A stretch of 64,000 nt of DNA from Eledone cirrhosa (GCA_964016885.1 OZ024743.1:102114001-102178000); one strand, 5' to 3'. Shown: positions 1 through 15,139, numbered from the stretch's first letter. Notes: generated by a model not told the origin, from the sequence alone. Made by a program: numbers and translations.

Positions 1-415
1 ATATAGGCAATTTAAGGGTTAAAGAGGCCATTATTACCAGCCGAATAAAACCAAGGATAAATATTTGATCTTAAATGCACGAAGCAGAATGGTTACTGTA
101 ACGACCACGCGCATGCGTTCCATAGACATATAGGTCAGGAAGGGAAGAACACTTCGACCGTTCGTTTTTTTTTTTTGAGCTGTTTCAGCTTCGAATCTGA
201 AAAGAGGTTATAGTCCTGAAATATCATGCTAAATTACATTGGGTAACACATTACTTGTCTTTTGTTATATTTGTCATCATTTGCCCTTCGTATTTTCCTA
301 CTGCAGACCCATGTCGTCAACGAATTCAGCATCTTAGCCTTAACTTTCCTGCTTTGAGTCTGGTATTCTCTAGTGCAAGGCGCATACAATAATCCACTGC
401 AATGATCAAAAGGAA

Positions 416-1058
416 TATAACCAATTATCAAGGATGTGTATATAAGCATAGATATACATATAAAGGTATCCATCAGCTACAATTTTAGCTGAATGAGTTA
501 TAAATTCAAAGTAGGAAAAGCAAGTGAGATACAAATATTAACTTTCTTATTATAAAAATCCAGATGACGGTTTCGCCTCGTAAGATCAATTTAGGATAAT
601 CTAATAAGTTAAGACATAGAAAAGTGACAGAATATCGATTCATCATGAGATCTAGTTGGATCGAGAGATATCTTCAAGTAACAATTACGTATGAAGTTAA
701 TTGAAACGAAAAAAAAGTGTCACGTGTTCGGCACTCAGTTTAAAGGGGAGTAATAGATAGATAGTCGACGCATACGAAAGATTGTTAGAAATAGTTCACC
801 TTCAAGCCTAGTTTTACTCGACCACAGGGGAGTATAAAGTGTTCTCTCAATTTTCAATATCCTTAAATTAGATTATCTTAAATTGATCTCACAAGGCGAA
901 ACCGTAGTTGGGAATTTTGTAATAAGAAAGTAAATATTTTTATCTCACTTGCTTTTCCCACTTCAAATTATAACTCCTTGAGCTAAAATCGTAACTAATG
1001 GATACCTTTTATATATATATCTATGCTTATATATATTTCTTCGATAATTTGTTCTATA
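416..1058. mobile_element. Fold-back element with ~200-bp diverged inverted arms, probably a PLE terminal-repeat remnant
   Basis: 416-615 is the reverse complement of ~855-1058 (ataagcatagatatacatataaaggtatc vs gataccttttatatatatatctatgcttat; gacggtttcgcct vs aggcgaaaccgt). The minus strand shows hammerhead-like remnants (ATGATGA...CGAAACCGTC). Confidence 0.7.
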
Positions 1059-1746
1059 CACCCATGTAAAGATTTGGCTGCTATTTCTAGCAGATAGAAG
1101 ATTCCTCATTGACTCTATGTGACCTAATATCAAATCCTTTCACTTTCTTATTAATCATGCTTATGTCAGTAAATCTAATCCGCGTGTCACCAATAAGAAA
1201 CTAAAGAGTCAGTCCACTTCGAGGTCCGATAGGATGAAACAATATTGCACTGGAGGATGGCGTGCGACACGCACTAGAACAGCCACTCCCTCTTCCGGGG
1301 ATCGCAACTGCTGATAGCCGACTCTGGTCCGATAGCAGTGAGTAGGGATGTGGTCCGTAGGCCAATAACGTGGCAGGCTCCATTGCTATATTCTCTATGA
1401 AAAATCTATCGGAGAGCGACCAATACTTTGACAGATTACCCGCTTTGGCTTGACGGACAGGAAGACTGGGCTGGCAGCCGACCGCACCAGGTTACCACTA
1501 CAGAAGATGTCACACCATGCAGCATCAAAGATGAGAGGCCTACCCCCACGGATCTCAAGGCCAAGCGTCAAGGAAACACCGATACGCTAGAAGACGCTGT
1601 CCTGCTGAGAATATGTCGAAAGTGATGGTACTGCGTTGGACCAGGTACCACTGTGAGGCTGGGAGACAGTGAGAGAGAACATACCAGATGGTGCTGGTCG
1701 AGCCAGCGCACCATTCTGTCTGAGGACATGTTGAAAGTCACATATG

Positions 1747-1860
<114 letters not shown>

Positions 1861-2639
1861 CTCTGCGTGTGTGTATGTGTCCGTTGAACGGGAGCTAGGT
1901 TACTGCGACTACAGTACAAGGATTTAGTTTCATTTTCTAACTGAAGAAGCTACTTATTTCCAATTCAGGAAACAAGTACTAACCTAACACTTTGAGCTTA
2001 TATAATTCTATTGTTGCTTTTATGAGACATGACAAAGTCTTTATGTCTTCTTAAAAGACTCTAAATCATACAAACATACGGACAGCACAATATGATATTC
2101 ATCTATAACCAGAAGGGTCCACCATTCGTATTTCGGCTTCAGGAAATCTACAATATTCCATTAGCACAGTTCATAGTTCAGAAACTAGTTCCTTATATGA
2201 CGTTTCTTATTGCCATATAACTGTCAATAAATTTTGAGGATATCCTATTATTTCCCTTTGGCTTTAGAAGATTCAAATTCTTCTGTATTTTTTGCCGGAA
2301 TTAATAAAAGATTTTGCGAGAAAGTCTTTGCTTTATAATATCATCAATCGATTTTTTATGTATATATTGTGTTCTTGATGATGAGAATAAAATATGATTA
2401 CTGTCTGGGAAGATAACATAGCAGTAATTCTGCCAGTTCATCTCAGAATCCATCTTTATATTGTTGTTTAGTAGGGTAAACGTTATAAAAAGTGATGAGT
2501 TTGGTTTTGATAATAGCTTACTAATTGAAAGATTACCAATTACATTAAATTTAATTTGTGTTTACATGTGAGCCGTTAAATCTATACAAACTACAGTGTC
2601 ATTTAGGGTAGATGCAATGGGGTATATATAATGGATACA

Positions 2640-2960
2640 ACACAGCCGAAGTGTTAGAAATTTCACTTCGCAATTATTAGGTTTCGGGTTCGATTCCAAA
2701 GCGTGGATTCTTGGCCAAGTGTTATTTACTATAACCACAGATCGACCTATGCTATATAAATTCAATTGAGTAGACGGAAATTGTTTGGAAGCCTCTCGGG
2801 CTCGCTTTGTTTCACAAATTCTGCCACGATGAATCACTGAGGGTACAAATCACTAAGGGTACAAAGGGCAGTAGAATGCTCAGCCACTTACATGTTAATT
2901 TCCTGAACAGGTTGTCTTGCTGATCGAACAACTGAAACACCCATCGTTGATACCGACGGA
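2640..2960 (+). mobile_element. Degenerate tRNA-derived SINE, second family
   Basis: B-box-like GGTTCGATTCC near 2688. The tail resembles 35500-35660; related heads occur at ~14203, 35348 and 44195. Confidence 0.55.
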
Positions 2961-3404
2961 GGTTCATTCTACATAAACTGTGTTATTTCTTGATACCTGC
3001 TTTTCCTCGTTTAAGTAGATCTATAAAAAATTGTTTCACTTGTGACCAATTGATGTCTTTCGCTATATAAGACTATATTGTCGGATGAATTCTTTTTTCA
3101 AGTACGCTAGCTGAGGAAAATATCTTTATTATTTCAAATTAGTCTACAGACACATGTGAGACTCCCTCGTTGGCAAATACTATCAGAGGGACACAAACGA
3201 ATATTAAAATAGACTAATGTCTTCCACATTGGAATTCAGATATAAGTTCGCTCTTTTCTCAATTGGAAAATTTGGCGATAAGTTTCTTCCATTTTTTGGT
3301 TTATCAGAATGGTTATGTTGTATCAGTGTCTATAGAGAATGTTTATATCTTCATAATATTGGATTCTAAATTAGTCACAAGATCAGAAAATGTTGTACTT
3401 CGCA

Positions 3405-3510
3405 GATCCCGAAAGGAGGAAAGGTAAAATTGACATTGGTGGGATTTGAACTAAGAATTTAGGGCCAGATCAAATAACGTAATGGCATTTTATCCGAGCT
3501 CTACCAATAT
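3405..3510 (-). mobile_element. Degenerate copy of the main tRNA-derived SINE
   Basis: gatcccgaaaggaggaaaggtaaaattgac...gggatttgaact matches the SINE body. Confidence 0.7.
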
Positions 3511-5865
3511 TAACTTGATTACACAACGATCAGCCATTGAGGATTATAATATAACTAATGAATGGCGACTAATCGTAAGACAGAATAGCGTGTGTGTACG
3601 CAGGTGGGTCATGTTTGCCACAAATATCGGAGCATATTTCCTCATGAATTTCCTATTATGATTCCTACACATTTAAGCTTTCGTTAAAATTTTATCCGCA
3701 AACCAACAGGAAACTATTTTCAAATTTCTCGACACATATCAAGGACTGCTCACACCTTCAGACCTAAGTGTAGCATTATATTATAATTGTGCATTGAGTA
3801 TCCTTACTCACCATATCCGACATTGCGAGTTTAAGTGTAGCTACCAAATTATATGGATATGTAGGATCCCGACCAAAGTATTCGTGTAAGTATATCTGTT
3901 AGGTCAGCCCATGTAAGCCTACTAGTCTGACCCCAGCCAAATATACATTGTTCCATTTTACCGTTTTACTGTAGCAAACGATGAAATTCTGTAGTGGTAC
4001 TGCTACTCTACTGTAGTCACCTGACTCTATTTTCTTATCTCCATTTAAGGTCGGTGAGCTAGGCTCTCTATGGATTAGGTACATTGCTCTTGTACAAAGC
4101 ACGATACTAGTAACGTTATTATATCGATTTTGCCATCCACGCTCTCTTTCAGTAGAAGTATGACACTGAATATAAACAGATGTGTAGTAACGACATGTTA
4201 TGTTCTTATAATCAGACATTACATTTAATGAAGTTAAATAGGAGTGGAATTTAAAATTGTTCACGATAAATAAAGAACGTGTGGATGCACATTATAAATG
4301 AGGCATATTTTGTAAGCTTGAAATACTGATACGATATTACAACACGTTCACCTCATTAACTTCAAATAACAAGGTATTTCGCTAGATGTTCCGCCATTGT
4401 TACCAGCTCTTTTTCGCGCAGTCTATAACACAATGCTCAATTGTTTTTCTATGTGAGGAGATAAAGTTAATATTATGTTTCGGTGAAATTCTATTGGAAC
4501 AATCAATAGTTTTCGTGTTAAATACTCATAAATTCTTTTGAAAGTTTTAATTTTAAGATAAATTCAATTTAATTTCTTTTTGAAATGTAAGAAGAGTTTA
4601 TTAATTAAATCCTCAATATATTACCAGTCCTCGTGTTTTATTTAATAGATACTGATTCGACAAAAGAAAACTTTAACTGTGCTTCGATTTAACTTTGAAA
4701 AAGACACTGAATATACTTCGACAACGTACAGTTTATACATGAAGATAATGTACGGTATTAGATCTAGACTGATGTACAATACTTGATGCAATTTCATTAG
4801 CTGAAACAATACATTTAATATTGGTTCAAATTAATGAAGCAAGGAAAAAGTTACAATTACTACTGTTATATATTTACTAAGTGATGTAGGAGCGCAAATT
4901 GAATTGATGTTGCGTCAATCAAAACAGCAAAAAATATACAGGTCAGCGTGTTTTATTGGTTTTGTCGGGAGGAATGGGTTGTACTTACGGCCTTCGTAGA
5001 CCTTTTACAAACGTTGAAATCGATGTGGCTAAAATGTGGCTAAAATGTGCTAGAAATGCTTAATTCGACAGCAGCCAGAAAAAAATAAGTATAAAAAATA
5101 ATACGAATAGCAGTCATACATTTATATCACATGTTTTATGTTTTTTGTTTCAGTTTTAGATGTAAAGGAAATATTGTAATACGGGACAAAATAAAGAGAT
5201 AGTAAATAAAAATGCAAAGAGAGAAACAGTAATTATAGGACAAGAAAGTGAGGAAGTTGGTTGGATTGCTTTATAAACCAACACATTCAATCCACGTGGA
5301 TTTGGAAAATACTTATGCATTAGAGCGGAAGAATTTAAAAGGGAATGAAATGAAAACGATGAAGATAACTTTAATAGAATGTTGGTATTCATAAAGAGAA
5401 AATCTTCTGGAAAATATCTGTGTAATGATTAATGTAAAAAAATAAAAATAAAAAATAAAATAAATAAACGTTTGCTAGGAATTCATCGGTGTTCGTCGGG
5501 GCAAAATAAGTCGACTGCACGTGATAAAATTTACGAGATTCTATTTGGAAATGGTCCAGAAGCGAGAGGAATTTGATTTGAGAGTCGTTTGTTGTCGAGT
5601 GACCTGAGGGGAAGTCAGTTAATCAGATAGATATGCCAAGTTGGATGAAATATAGCTGTAGATTATTTCCCAGATATTTGCATTGATATTGCATTAACAA
5701 GTGTTTCCTGAATTTTATCACCGAATCAAGACAATTTAGTGTTGATGTGCAAGGAAAATGTAATATTATCAGCGGATCTGTTAGAATAGAATTCCTATAG
5801 TGATGTTATTGCTCATTCACCTTTAGGTAAATATAGTTATCATAACTATAATTTTCAGATGAAGC

Positions 5866-6786
5866 TAGAATAAATAATTGTTTCTACTTTTGGCACAAGC
5901 CCAGCAATTACCCAGTGCATTACTGGTACTTTATTTTATCGACCCCGTAAGGATGAAAGGAAAAGTTAACCTTGGCGGGATTTGAACTCAGAAAGGCAAG
6001 GGCCGTAACTCTATACGTCAAAGCATGGCATCCGACCCTCTACCAATACTGCCAATCCACCGCCCTTCTAGAATAAATAATTGTTTCTACTTTAGGCACA
6101 GGGCCAGCAATTACCCAGTGCATTACTGGTACTTTATTTTATCGACCCCGTAAGGATGAAAGGCAAAGTCAACCTCGGCGGGATTTGAACTCAGATAATA
6201 AAGGGACGTAACTATGCTGGAAAGCATGGCGTCCGACCCTCTACCAATACTGCCAATCCACCGCCCTTCTAGAATAAATAATAATAATAATTGTGTCTAC
6301 TTTAGGCACAAGGCCAGCAATTTCAAGGAGAGGGGAAAGTTAATGAAATCGAACCCAGTACTTACTGATGCTTTATTTTATCGACTACGTAAGGATGAAA
6401 GACAAATCTAACCTCGGTGGGATTTGAACTCAGAACGTAAAGGGCCATAACTCTATGCTGCAAAGCATGTTGTCCGACGCTCTACCGATACTACCAATCC
6501 ACCTCCATCATAAATCTAAACTATAATAAAGTAAGGAGCGCACGACTGTGTACAGTTCATAATTTTTTATCCCATTAGTAAAATAAGTTGGATTAATTTG
6601 AATAAATAATGTTTTCTACTTTAGGCACAAGGCCAGCAATTACCCAGTGCATTACTGATACTTTATTTTGTCGACCCCGTAAGGATGAAAGGCAAAGTCA
6701 AACTCGGCGAGATTTGAACTCAGATCGTAAAGGGACGTAACTATGCTGGAAAGCATGGCGTCCGACCCTCTAGCGATACTGCCAAT
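5866..6786 (-). mobile_element. Cluster of four same-orientation copies of the main tRNA-derived SINE
   Basis: Copies at ~5873-6067, 6075-6267, 6285-6505 and 6605-6786. The minus strand has an A-box-like TGGCAGTAT(T/C)GG and a B box GTTCAAATCC, then GCCTTTCATCCTTACGGGGTCGATAAAATAAAGTACCAG, which resembles a Meta/Sauria-type central domain. Confidence 0.92.
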
Positions 6787-7062
6787 GCTTAAATAAACAT
6801 GCTAATTTTCTGTCACTAATTTTCTCCTAATGCAGTTTATATATAATATCGTCTGTTTTAATGTATCATGGATTACGTTACTGATTACATAAGACAGTGT
6901 AACGGAGTCTTCGTTCAATTTTTATTTATTATATATTGTCAATTACGATTTTATTTGATGTATCATATCTACGTGTATATATACCTGCGTATAATATCAA
7001 TATACACACCACACATGCTAGCAGAAAACCACCTGAAGGGTCGTTTTTCTGCTAGGAGTAGA

Positions 7063-9960
7063 TGATTTCTTTATTCGCCACACAGGGCTCAACTTAAGAA
7101 AAAATTAAAGACTGCACGTGATAGTAAGTTTTTGACTTAAACCCACACCTTTAGTGCGTGCAAGACGATTTCATCACCCTGCGTGTATCTTGGATTGAAC
7201 TGACTGACGGCACCTCCATGGTTCTTGGTAATACTGCCAAGCCATAGATTTCTGGAAAATTTTCAAGGACCCTGCACGGAACTTCCTCTGGAAAAGAGTG
7301 GCTAGTTGATTTGTTCAACTCCCAGTCTCTCCAAAACATCGTCGGTTTATCCCGCCTGTAAACCTCTACAGAACGCCAAGATGGAATTTCCACAAATAGT
7401 AGTACCCAATTGGCAAATGACTGTGAGTGCTAGAATATATTCCAGTCTCCAGACGCTCCTTTTCATTATTGGCTTGACCCAGGACTGCAGCTCCGTTAAG
7501 GAGACGCGCTGTGGAAAAACGTGTTTAGCAAATGGCAACCAAACCATCAAGGAACATTTGTAGATGTCTGTTACCGCTTTGTACTCCCTGAGAGTGGGCC
7601 CTGCTATCTCAATGTGTTTGGTATTCGACACCACTAAGGTGATATCGTCGGCATATTCTGGCACGGATCCCTCACATCCTAGTTCCCAATGGATCCCCAT
7701 CAACTTAGCCAATTTGTGTAATAACAGCTCAAGAGTCAATACGTACAAAAGGGATGAGAGGGGACAACGTTAGAGTATCAAGCGCAAGATGGGAAACGGT
7801 TCCGAAAGGAGACTGTTCACTCTAACCACAGAGAAGGTGTCGTTGTGCATTGCACTGACTGAGACCCTGGAAATCGATCCGAAGCCAACTGCTTTGAGGA
7901 CTGCCACGAGATAGTCATGGTCAGCCTTATAGTAAGCTTTTGATTAATCTAAATTGATCAGGGCTACAACCGTGCCAGATTCCTTAGCCACCTTCTCTGT
8001 GATGTATCGAATGAGGTGGAGGTTGTCTTGGATGGGTATGTTTGTAATGGCGTATGTTTGCGCCTCCTCTACCAGACCACCAGCGACAAGCGCCAACCTC
8101 ATCGCTAACACCTTGGTCGTAATTTTAAACTCTACTTTTAGCAGAATTATGGGACTGAAATTATCTATATCCTCGCCCATGTTCGGGTTCTTTCTAAGCA
8201 GCGCCACCGCCCTTCGGTTCACAGTACTGGGAATTCTCCTGTTCTACTACAAGTTGGCGTAAACGACCGCTACAATGTCATCGAACACGTCTGACATGTT
8301 TGTGTATATCTCGTAGGGCAGCCAATCTAATCCAGACTATTTGCCCCTCATGCAGCTAGCCATTATGTCCCATATTTCATCAGCTGCTGTCAGTTTATCG
8401 CAATATTCCGCCTCCATGCCCGAGAGCCCCTGCACTCTCTCGATCCTTCGACCCGACCCACTACCGCTTCCGAATAGTGGATCAACATGTCGCTGAAAAA
8501 CTGCACACATCTTCTTGGGATAAAGTACAATGCGATCTTCGTGGGCCACCAAGGAACGGATTGTGGGTTTCTTATCACGCCTCGTCTCCGCCCTCGGGCC
8601 AATCAAACGGCTTTCGTTCACTGGTATCTAACAGCAGCACCCTAGCTCTAACAACGCAGCCTTCGGGATTAGCGTCGATGCATTTACTAAGTGTCTCCTC
8701 TAGCTCTCCCTCTATTCTAATTTTCTCTATCGTTACAGCTTTATTAAACATTATCGGTTCTACTCTGATAGTTCTTTTCATGGCGGACCACCATTTGTTA
8801 TTGAAGATTGTCCCTTAAACGCCCGCTTATCTAATTCACTAATCCGGTCTTGGTAATCTTTGTGGACAGGGAACGATGCGTTCAGCTTCCAGTAACCGGT
8901 TCCCTGTCTATGAAGCCTCCCTAGATCGCAAATTTGTGGCTTGTGTAGGCGACTACTTTGAATAGGGAATAATCTATAGTAGACATATGTATCTCCCTAC
9001 ACAGTATCCTATATAGATACGATCTTTATGACTGTGCGGTTTGTCTATGTCCACATTATCACAATCTGGAAATCCAACCGGTACCTGTCAGGCAGTTGCA
9101 AGCATTTGAGCAGGTTAACGATGCTCTTACATCCTCCCCCTCTATTTTCTAGTCACACACAGTCCCAGTTTGCATCCAAGGCACCATTCATATCGTTCAC
9201 TAACACTAAAGAGCTGGACGTTCTTAGAAAAATATCAAGGCGCCTGAAGAAATCAGGCCTTCTGCCCCTATAGTGGTATAGACGGCTACAAGGCTGAAGG
9301 CACACTTTTCTGTGCTGGTTACCAACAGCATGACCAATTTACCTTCTGGATCCAGGAAGATGGTCCTTATTGTGAGATCAATGCTTTTCCTAAATAACAC
9401 AACGAATCCACGCCTGGATTAAGAATGTTTAGAGATGCGTATAGCACGTAGCCGCTGGAAATAGGTTTGAAAGTTCACGCGTCGGAGTTCTTTTCTCGCT
9501 GCTGGTCACCCTATCTATATTTAGTGACCTAAGATCGTTGAGTATGTGACCCTGCTTTCAAGACCACCCCAGCGCATGTGTATTAAGACTGCCTGTCATG
9601 AGTGAAGCCATGTTCCATAAAGAGGAGGAAAAGTGGCAAAGGCCAGCTACCTTAGTCTTTTGGGGGAAGGATGGCTGCTTCCTCCCTTTGGCCAATTGTC
9701 GGTCCCTTCACAAGAATGCCTGTGTATAGTTGTTTTGAGAGTGTCCCTCAGTAGCCCCCAATTGCATCGGGATTTTTGTCTTTAAGTTTGTATACATTTT
9801 TTGGATTATATGAATGGTTTTTATGCGTGTGGTTGGTGCAATGTTTTGGGTGCTATATAAATAGTTTCCGAAATATTGATGGTATTGACAGTGGTGGTGC
9901 TGCGGGTGATGTTGGTATAGGTATTGGCAATAGTTGCCTCAAGGCTTTTTTACCCTTCAT
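7063..9960 (-). mobile_element. Decayed L1/Tx1-clade LINE: APE endonuclease and RT of ORF2, possible ORF1 remnant
   Basis: The APE start MASLMTGSLNTHALG is at 9611. RT motifs include NFSPIILLKVEFKITTKVLA, LINLD and YADDIT. The 3' end gccctgtgtggcgaataaagaaat lies at ~7063. There are many stops and frameshifts. Confidence 0.9.
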
Positions 9961-9979
9961 TCTTTTATTCACTTGTGGA

Positions 9980-10440
9980 GATATGTGGAACAGATATGAT
10001 GACATGTTGCATGGATCCAGCTATCGACTGAATCAATCATGTCGATCGCCTCGCTGCCTTCTCTTGGCCGGGAAGGGAAGGCACCTTTGCTCTGTGTGGT
10101 GGCTGAAAGGACTGAAGACAGACTCATTCAGCTTCAACCAAGCCCTCAGCCACTTTTTCAAGTTCCACTTGGAAGGAAGGTACGAGAGGGAAGTGCTGCC
10201 TCTCCTCAGTCCATTAGTTAAAAGGTTGGTAAAGAGAATAGTGTGATTTAGGATTGGTGGGTTTCCTGGGTCATTCCGAAGTGGTACTTCGCCATATAAG
10301 GGAATTTTGTTATATAATTTATTGTCATACTTTTTATACTCGATTTCTTTTTGTAAACACCCACTGTCCCACTGTCCCACTGTCCCTGTTTTTTTTTTGT
10401 ATTCTCCGCTTTATGTCGGCACTTGTAGCCAATAAATAAA
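9980..10440 (+). mobile_element. 3' fragment of an L1/Tx1-clade LINE
   Basis: WWLKGLKTDSF...FFKFHLEGRYEREVL matches the C-terminus at 52780-52990. It ends gcacttgtagccaataaa. Confidence 0.75.
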
Positions 10441-10727
10441 ATAATTTTATTATCATTGTTATTATTGTTATCATGGCTAATAAAGTATCAAATTAGCTGA
10501 ATTACGAGGATATGTTTAGTTTTCTATTTGCTTGAGGCAACGGTCTCTCTTGATATTTCGGAGACAGTCACCACTTCAGTTTCATTTTTGTTCAGTACAA
10601 TTAGATTATTCTGTATACAGTGATAATTATGTTACATACATACATGCATTCATACACACACACATACATACATGCACAAATACATACATACACACACACA
10701 CACACAAACACACACATATATATGTAG

Positions 10728-10920
10728 TAATAATTGTTTCTACTTTTGGCACAAGGCCAGCTATTACCCCATCGCATTGCTGGTACTTTATTTTATCGAC
10801 CCCGTAAGGATGAAAGGCAAAGGTAACCTCGACGGGATTTGAACTCAGACCGTAAAGGGACGTAACTATGCTGGAAAGCATGGCGTCCGACCCTCTGCCA
10901 ATACTGCTAATTCACTGCCT
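10728..10920 (-). mobile_element. Main tRNA-derived SINE, full length
   Basis: Near-identical to the copies at 5873-6786. Confidence 0.92.
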
Positions 10921-10939
10921 TATATAGATATAGTAATAA

Positions 10940-11847
<908 letters not shown>

Positions 11848-12776
11848 TCTATATATATAAAACTGAGGATGTCTGTCTGTGTGTGTGTGAGTTTGAATCT
11901 CTCAATCTCGAGAACCACCCAACTGACTGTTTTCAAACTTTACACATGTAATACTTATGTTTCAGGGAGTGTTCTGAGCAAAAAGAATTTCAAATAATCA
12001 ATGCCCTAGGGACTGCATTAGCCGATTTAGCGATCTCTATAATTCTTAGTCTTTCTCTTTTTAGATAGATACATACATATAACGTCGTGCCCTCATAATA
12101 TCTGTCTGTATGTCTGATTCTCTGCATTACCTCATTTCCCTGAGGATGTCTGTCTGTGTGTGTGTATGTGTGTGTGTGTCTGTGTCTGTGAGTTTGAAAA
12201 AAACATCGAGAAGTACCCAACCGACCCTGTTCAAACTTCACATGTGTATTACTTATGTTTCAAGGGGTGTTATGCACATAGAAAATTCAACTTTTTGATC
12301 CCCTAGGATCTTTAGGTGAAAAACTGCGTTTTTTCAGGTTTTTAGGGGTTTTTTGAGTCGTTACACGAGACTGATTTCCTTGAAATTGTAACTATGTATT
12401 AGTCAGTCTCTTCTTCATACCGTGAGCAAAGAAAATCCAACTTTTTTATGGCCTAGGGCCCGCATTAGGTGAAAAACTTCATTTTTTCAGCTTTTGGGGG
12501 CTTTTTTGAGGCGTTACGTCTAGCCGATTTTCCCGAAATTTGAAGGCATATTATGCACATAAAAAATTCCTTTTCTTGATCCCCTAGGGCCTGCATTAGG
12601 TGAAAACCTGTATTTTTCCTGACATCGAGGAAAATCTTAAAGATTATCCAGCCATCATATATTCGGTTTATTTTCTTTACATATTGTCCAGGCATGCATT
12701 TTTTCCACGATTATATCTGTTGGCGGCCCGCGTTCCAAAATACCTTATCCCGTGCAACGCCGAGTACTACTGCTAG
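11848..12776 (+). mobile_element. Non-autonomous Helitron
   Basis: 5' TCTATATATATAAAAC; 3' cccgtgcaacgccgag hairpin followed by tactactgCTAG|T; internal subrepeats containing ccctaggg. Confidence 0.85.
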
Positions 12777-12958
12777 TAGATAATAAATGTGAAGACTAAA
12801 ATCCGAAGAGGGTTCGATAAGGATATATAAAAAATATATAAAAAACCGTAGTGTAAATATTTATTAAAATTACCGATTAAAGTTTAAGCAAAGAATCGCT
12901 GCTTTCACCCTTAACGGGATCTTCTGAAACTCCCATTTGAGTTTCAGAAGATCTCGTT
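12777..12958 (-). mobile_element. PLE family A terminal repeat with hammerhead (12881-12931) and 20-bp snap-back
   Basis: Reverse complement of 50130-50285. Hairpin aacgggatcttctgaaactc / gagtttcagaagatctcgtt. Confidence 0.75.
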
Positions 12959-13173
12959 CAGCGTCTGAAGAGCAGATCGATAGTGAAGTCGGGTCCATAA
13001 CGTATATGGGTGACTCTTAGCCAATCCTCTGTGAAACGCGCGTAACAGGTCGGTACACAATAAAAAATTAAATACATGTAAAAGAAACCTCTGGTATTTA
13101 TTAATAGATACACCCTGCCCCTGCATCGAGTGCTGGTTTTGGTACTACCCCCAGTAATTCACTGAATGACATA

Positions 13174-13258
<85 letters not shown>

Positions 13259-14202
13259 TATAGTAAATTTGGCATTTAGTTTAAGAGATATAATCTATGT
13301 AGTATAATGTACTTTTACGCACCCTTTTTTCCTTAGATAGCAGTAGTGTGTAATCTAGTGAAAATTTGGCTCCTAATTCTAGAAGGTCGATATAGTGTTT
13401 ATTGAAGTGGAATCGTAGGTGATTATTTTGTTGCGGGTTAGCGTAATGTTGATAAGAGTGGTAGTGATGCTGATGGGGTTGAAGGTAATGATTATGGTTC
13501 GTATAGTTACCAGCATCGTGGAGTAATGAATAGCCGTAGGGTTGGCAATGTTCATGATAGCGGCTGTGTTTATAATGTTTATAATAGTACTGATTATTGC
13601 AGTGGCAATGTGTTAATGACGGCTAAAATGTGTTTTGCGAGTATTAGGTATGATGTATAGCGGAATGAACAACATTGATAAAACTACAATTAGAAATTAG
13701 AAATATATATGTAAAGAGTTAAACATTGTGTTAATACTAAACGTCGTACTGTTTCAGACATTATAAATATTATGTCAACTGGAAATACATTATTTACAGC
13801 GCGTATAGACAAAATTATACATACACGAGAAAAATAGCTGGCATGTTTCCAAGGAATCGGTAGCTACAATTGTTCGTACTCGACATCATTATCTTTCGCT
13901 GAAGATTATTCAATATATTTCACAGTTTTCGCTGCAGAACTAATCTGTAAAATATTCTTTAGCTTCTATGATTTTAATTCTGTTAAGTTCATTCGATTTA
14001 AATATATGAATACAGGCGAGCAACATTCTTCATAATATCTGTTTTCAGAATATTGATAGGAAGCTAGAATCTAAGTAAATATGTGCCAAAGACTGTGGAA
14101 ATATAACGTATAAGTAGAACATATACGAATATATACTAAGCAGCACGTTTGTCAGTTTCTCTATGAGTTATTGGTGAACTATCATTACTTCTTGCTTGTG
14201 AA

Positions 14203-14400
14203 GGCGCATGGATTAAAGTATTGAGTGTTGGGCTCACAAGTGTGATGTTGTGAGTTTGATTCCTGGATTGAGTGGTGTGTTGAGAAAGACACCTTATTCA
14301 CATTGATCCAGTTGACTCAGATTGAAGGAATAAGTTATGGTGTTACCGGTGTCAAGCTGTATCGGCCTTTGATTTTCCCTTGAACAACATTAGTAGCATG
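14203..14400 (+). mobile_element. Degenerate tRNA-derived SINE, second family
   Basis: aggcgcatgg...gagtttgattcctgg head, similar to 44195-44390. Confidence 0.5.
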
Positions 14401-15139
14401 TAGAGGGGTGGTTTGTTTGCAAAAAAAAAAACCTTTTGCGCGGGCTTGTGCTTCAGGCTGACATTCATCCTCAACAAATGTCTTTCCACATCTGAGTGAT
14501 TTAAATGGTCTGGGGACTTCAACTTCCTAGACATTAGTTTTCGGCCATGTACATAACAGGTTTTGTGGTGACCAAATTTAGGAGAACAGCAAAATATCCT
14601 TTCCATCTCGCGAGAGGATGCACATCTCGAGAGGATAACCCTAGAGAATAACCCCAGATGAGTTCTTTATCGTAGGCGTGGAAGGGGAACACTTATTACG
14701 AAGTCGGCTGATGGTCTGCCAGAATATTTTATTTGCTGATATAAATTCGGATTCCTGTTGAACCTCGAAGTTCTCCAATGTTTTCCCCGTGGACCGAAAT
14801 GCTTACTATATTTTATTGAATTGGTAGGAAACTTGCGGCAGGTACAATTAATAGCGAAAGGTAAGGAAGTATTGATTGAATTCTAGAATAGCCAATATCT
14901 TGTGATGTAGCATACGAATATGTGTGTCTAAATGTATACATTGCATATAAGCATTTGTTTGTAACCTTACATGTATTTAAGTATTTAGGTAGAGATGTAT
15001 ATATTCTAATATAACACAATATGATATAATATAATATAATATAATATAATATAATATAATATAATATAATATAATATAATATATAATATAATATAATATA
15101 AAACAATACAATACAATATTATATATATATATATATATA

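Noticed and set aside
15-22. piggyBac-like end AGGG-TTAA
   Set aside because: Only 8 bp at the window edge, with no partner terminus visible.
195-228. Hammerhead-like ctgaaaagagg...cctgaaatatc
   Set aside because: The core is mutated and stems I and III are not convincingly paired. Similar weak motifs at ~15521, 26210-26445 and 40775-40830 were also not called.
3899-4264. 121-aa minus-strand ORF
   Set aside because: No recognisable motif or convincing splice boundaries.
5873-6786. tRNA genes suggested by A/B boxes
   Set aside because: These are SINE heads: no complete cloverleaf, and each is followed by the SINE body.
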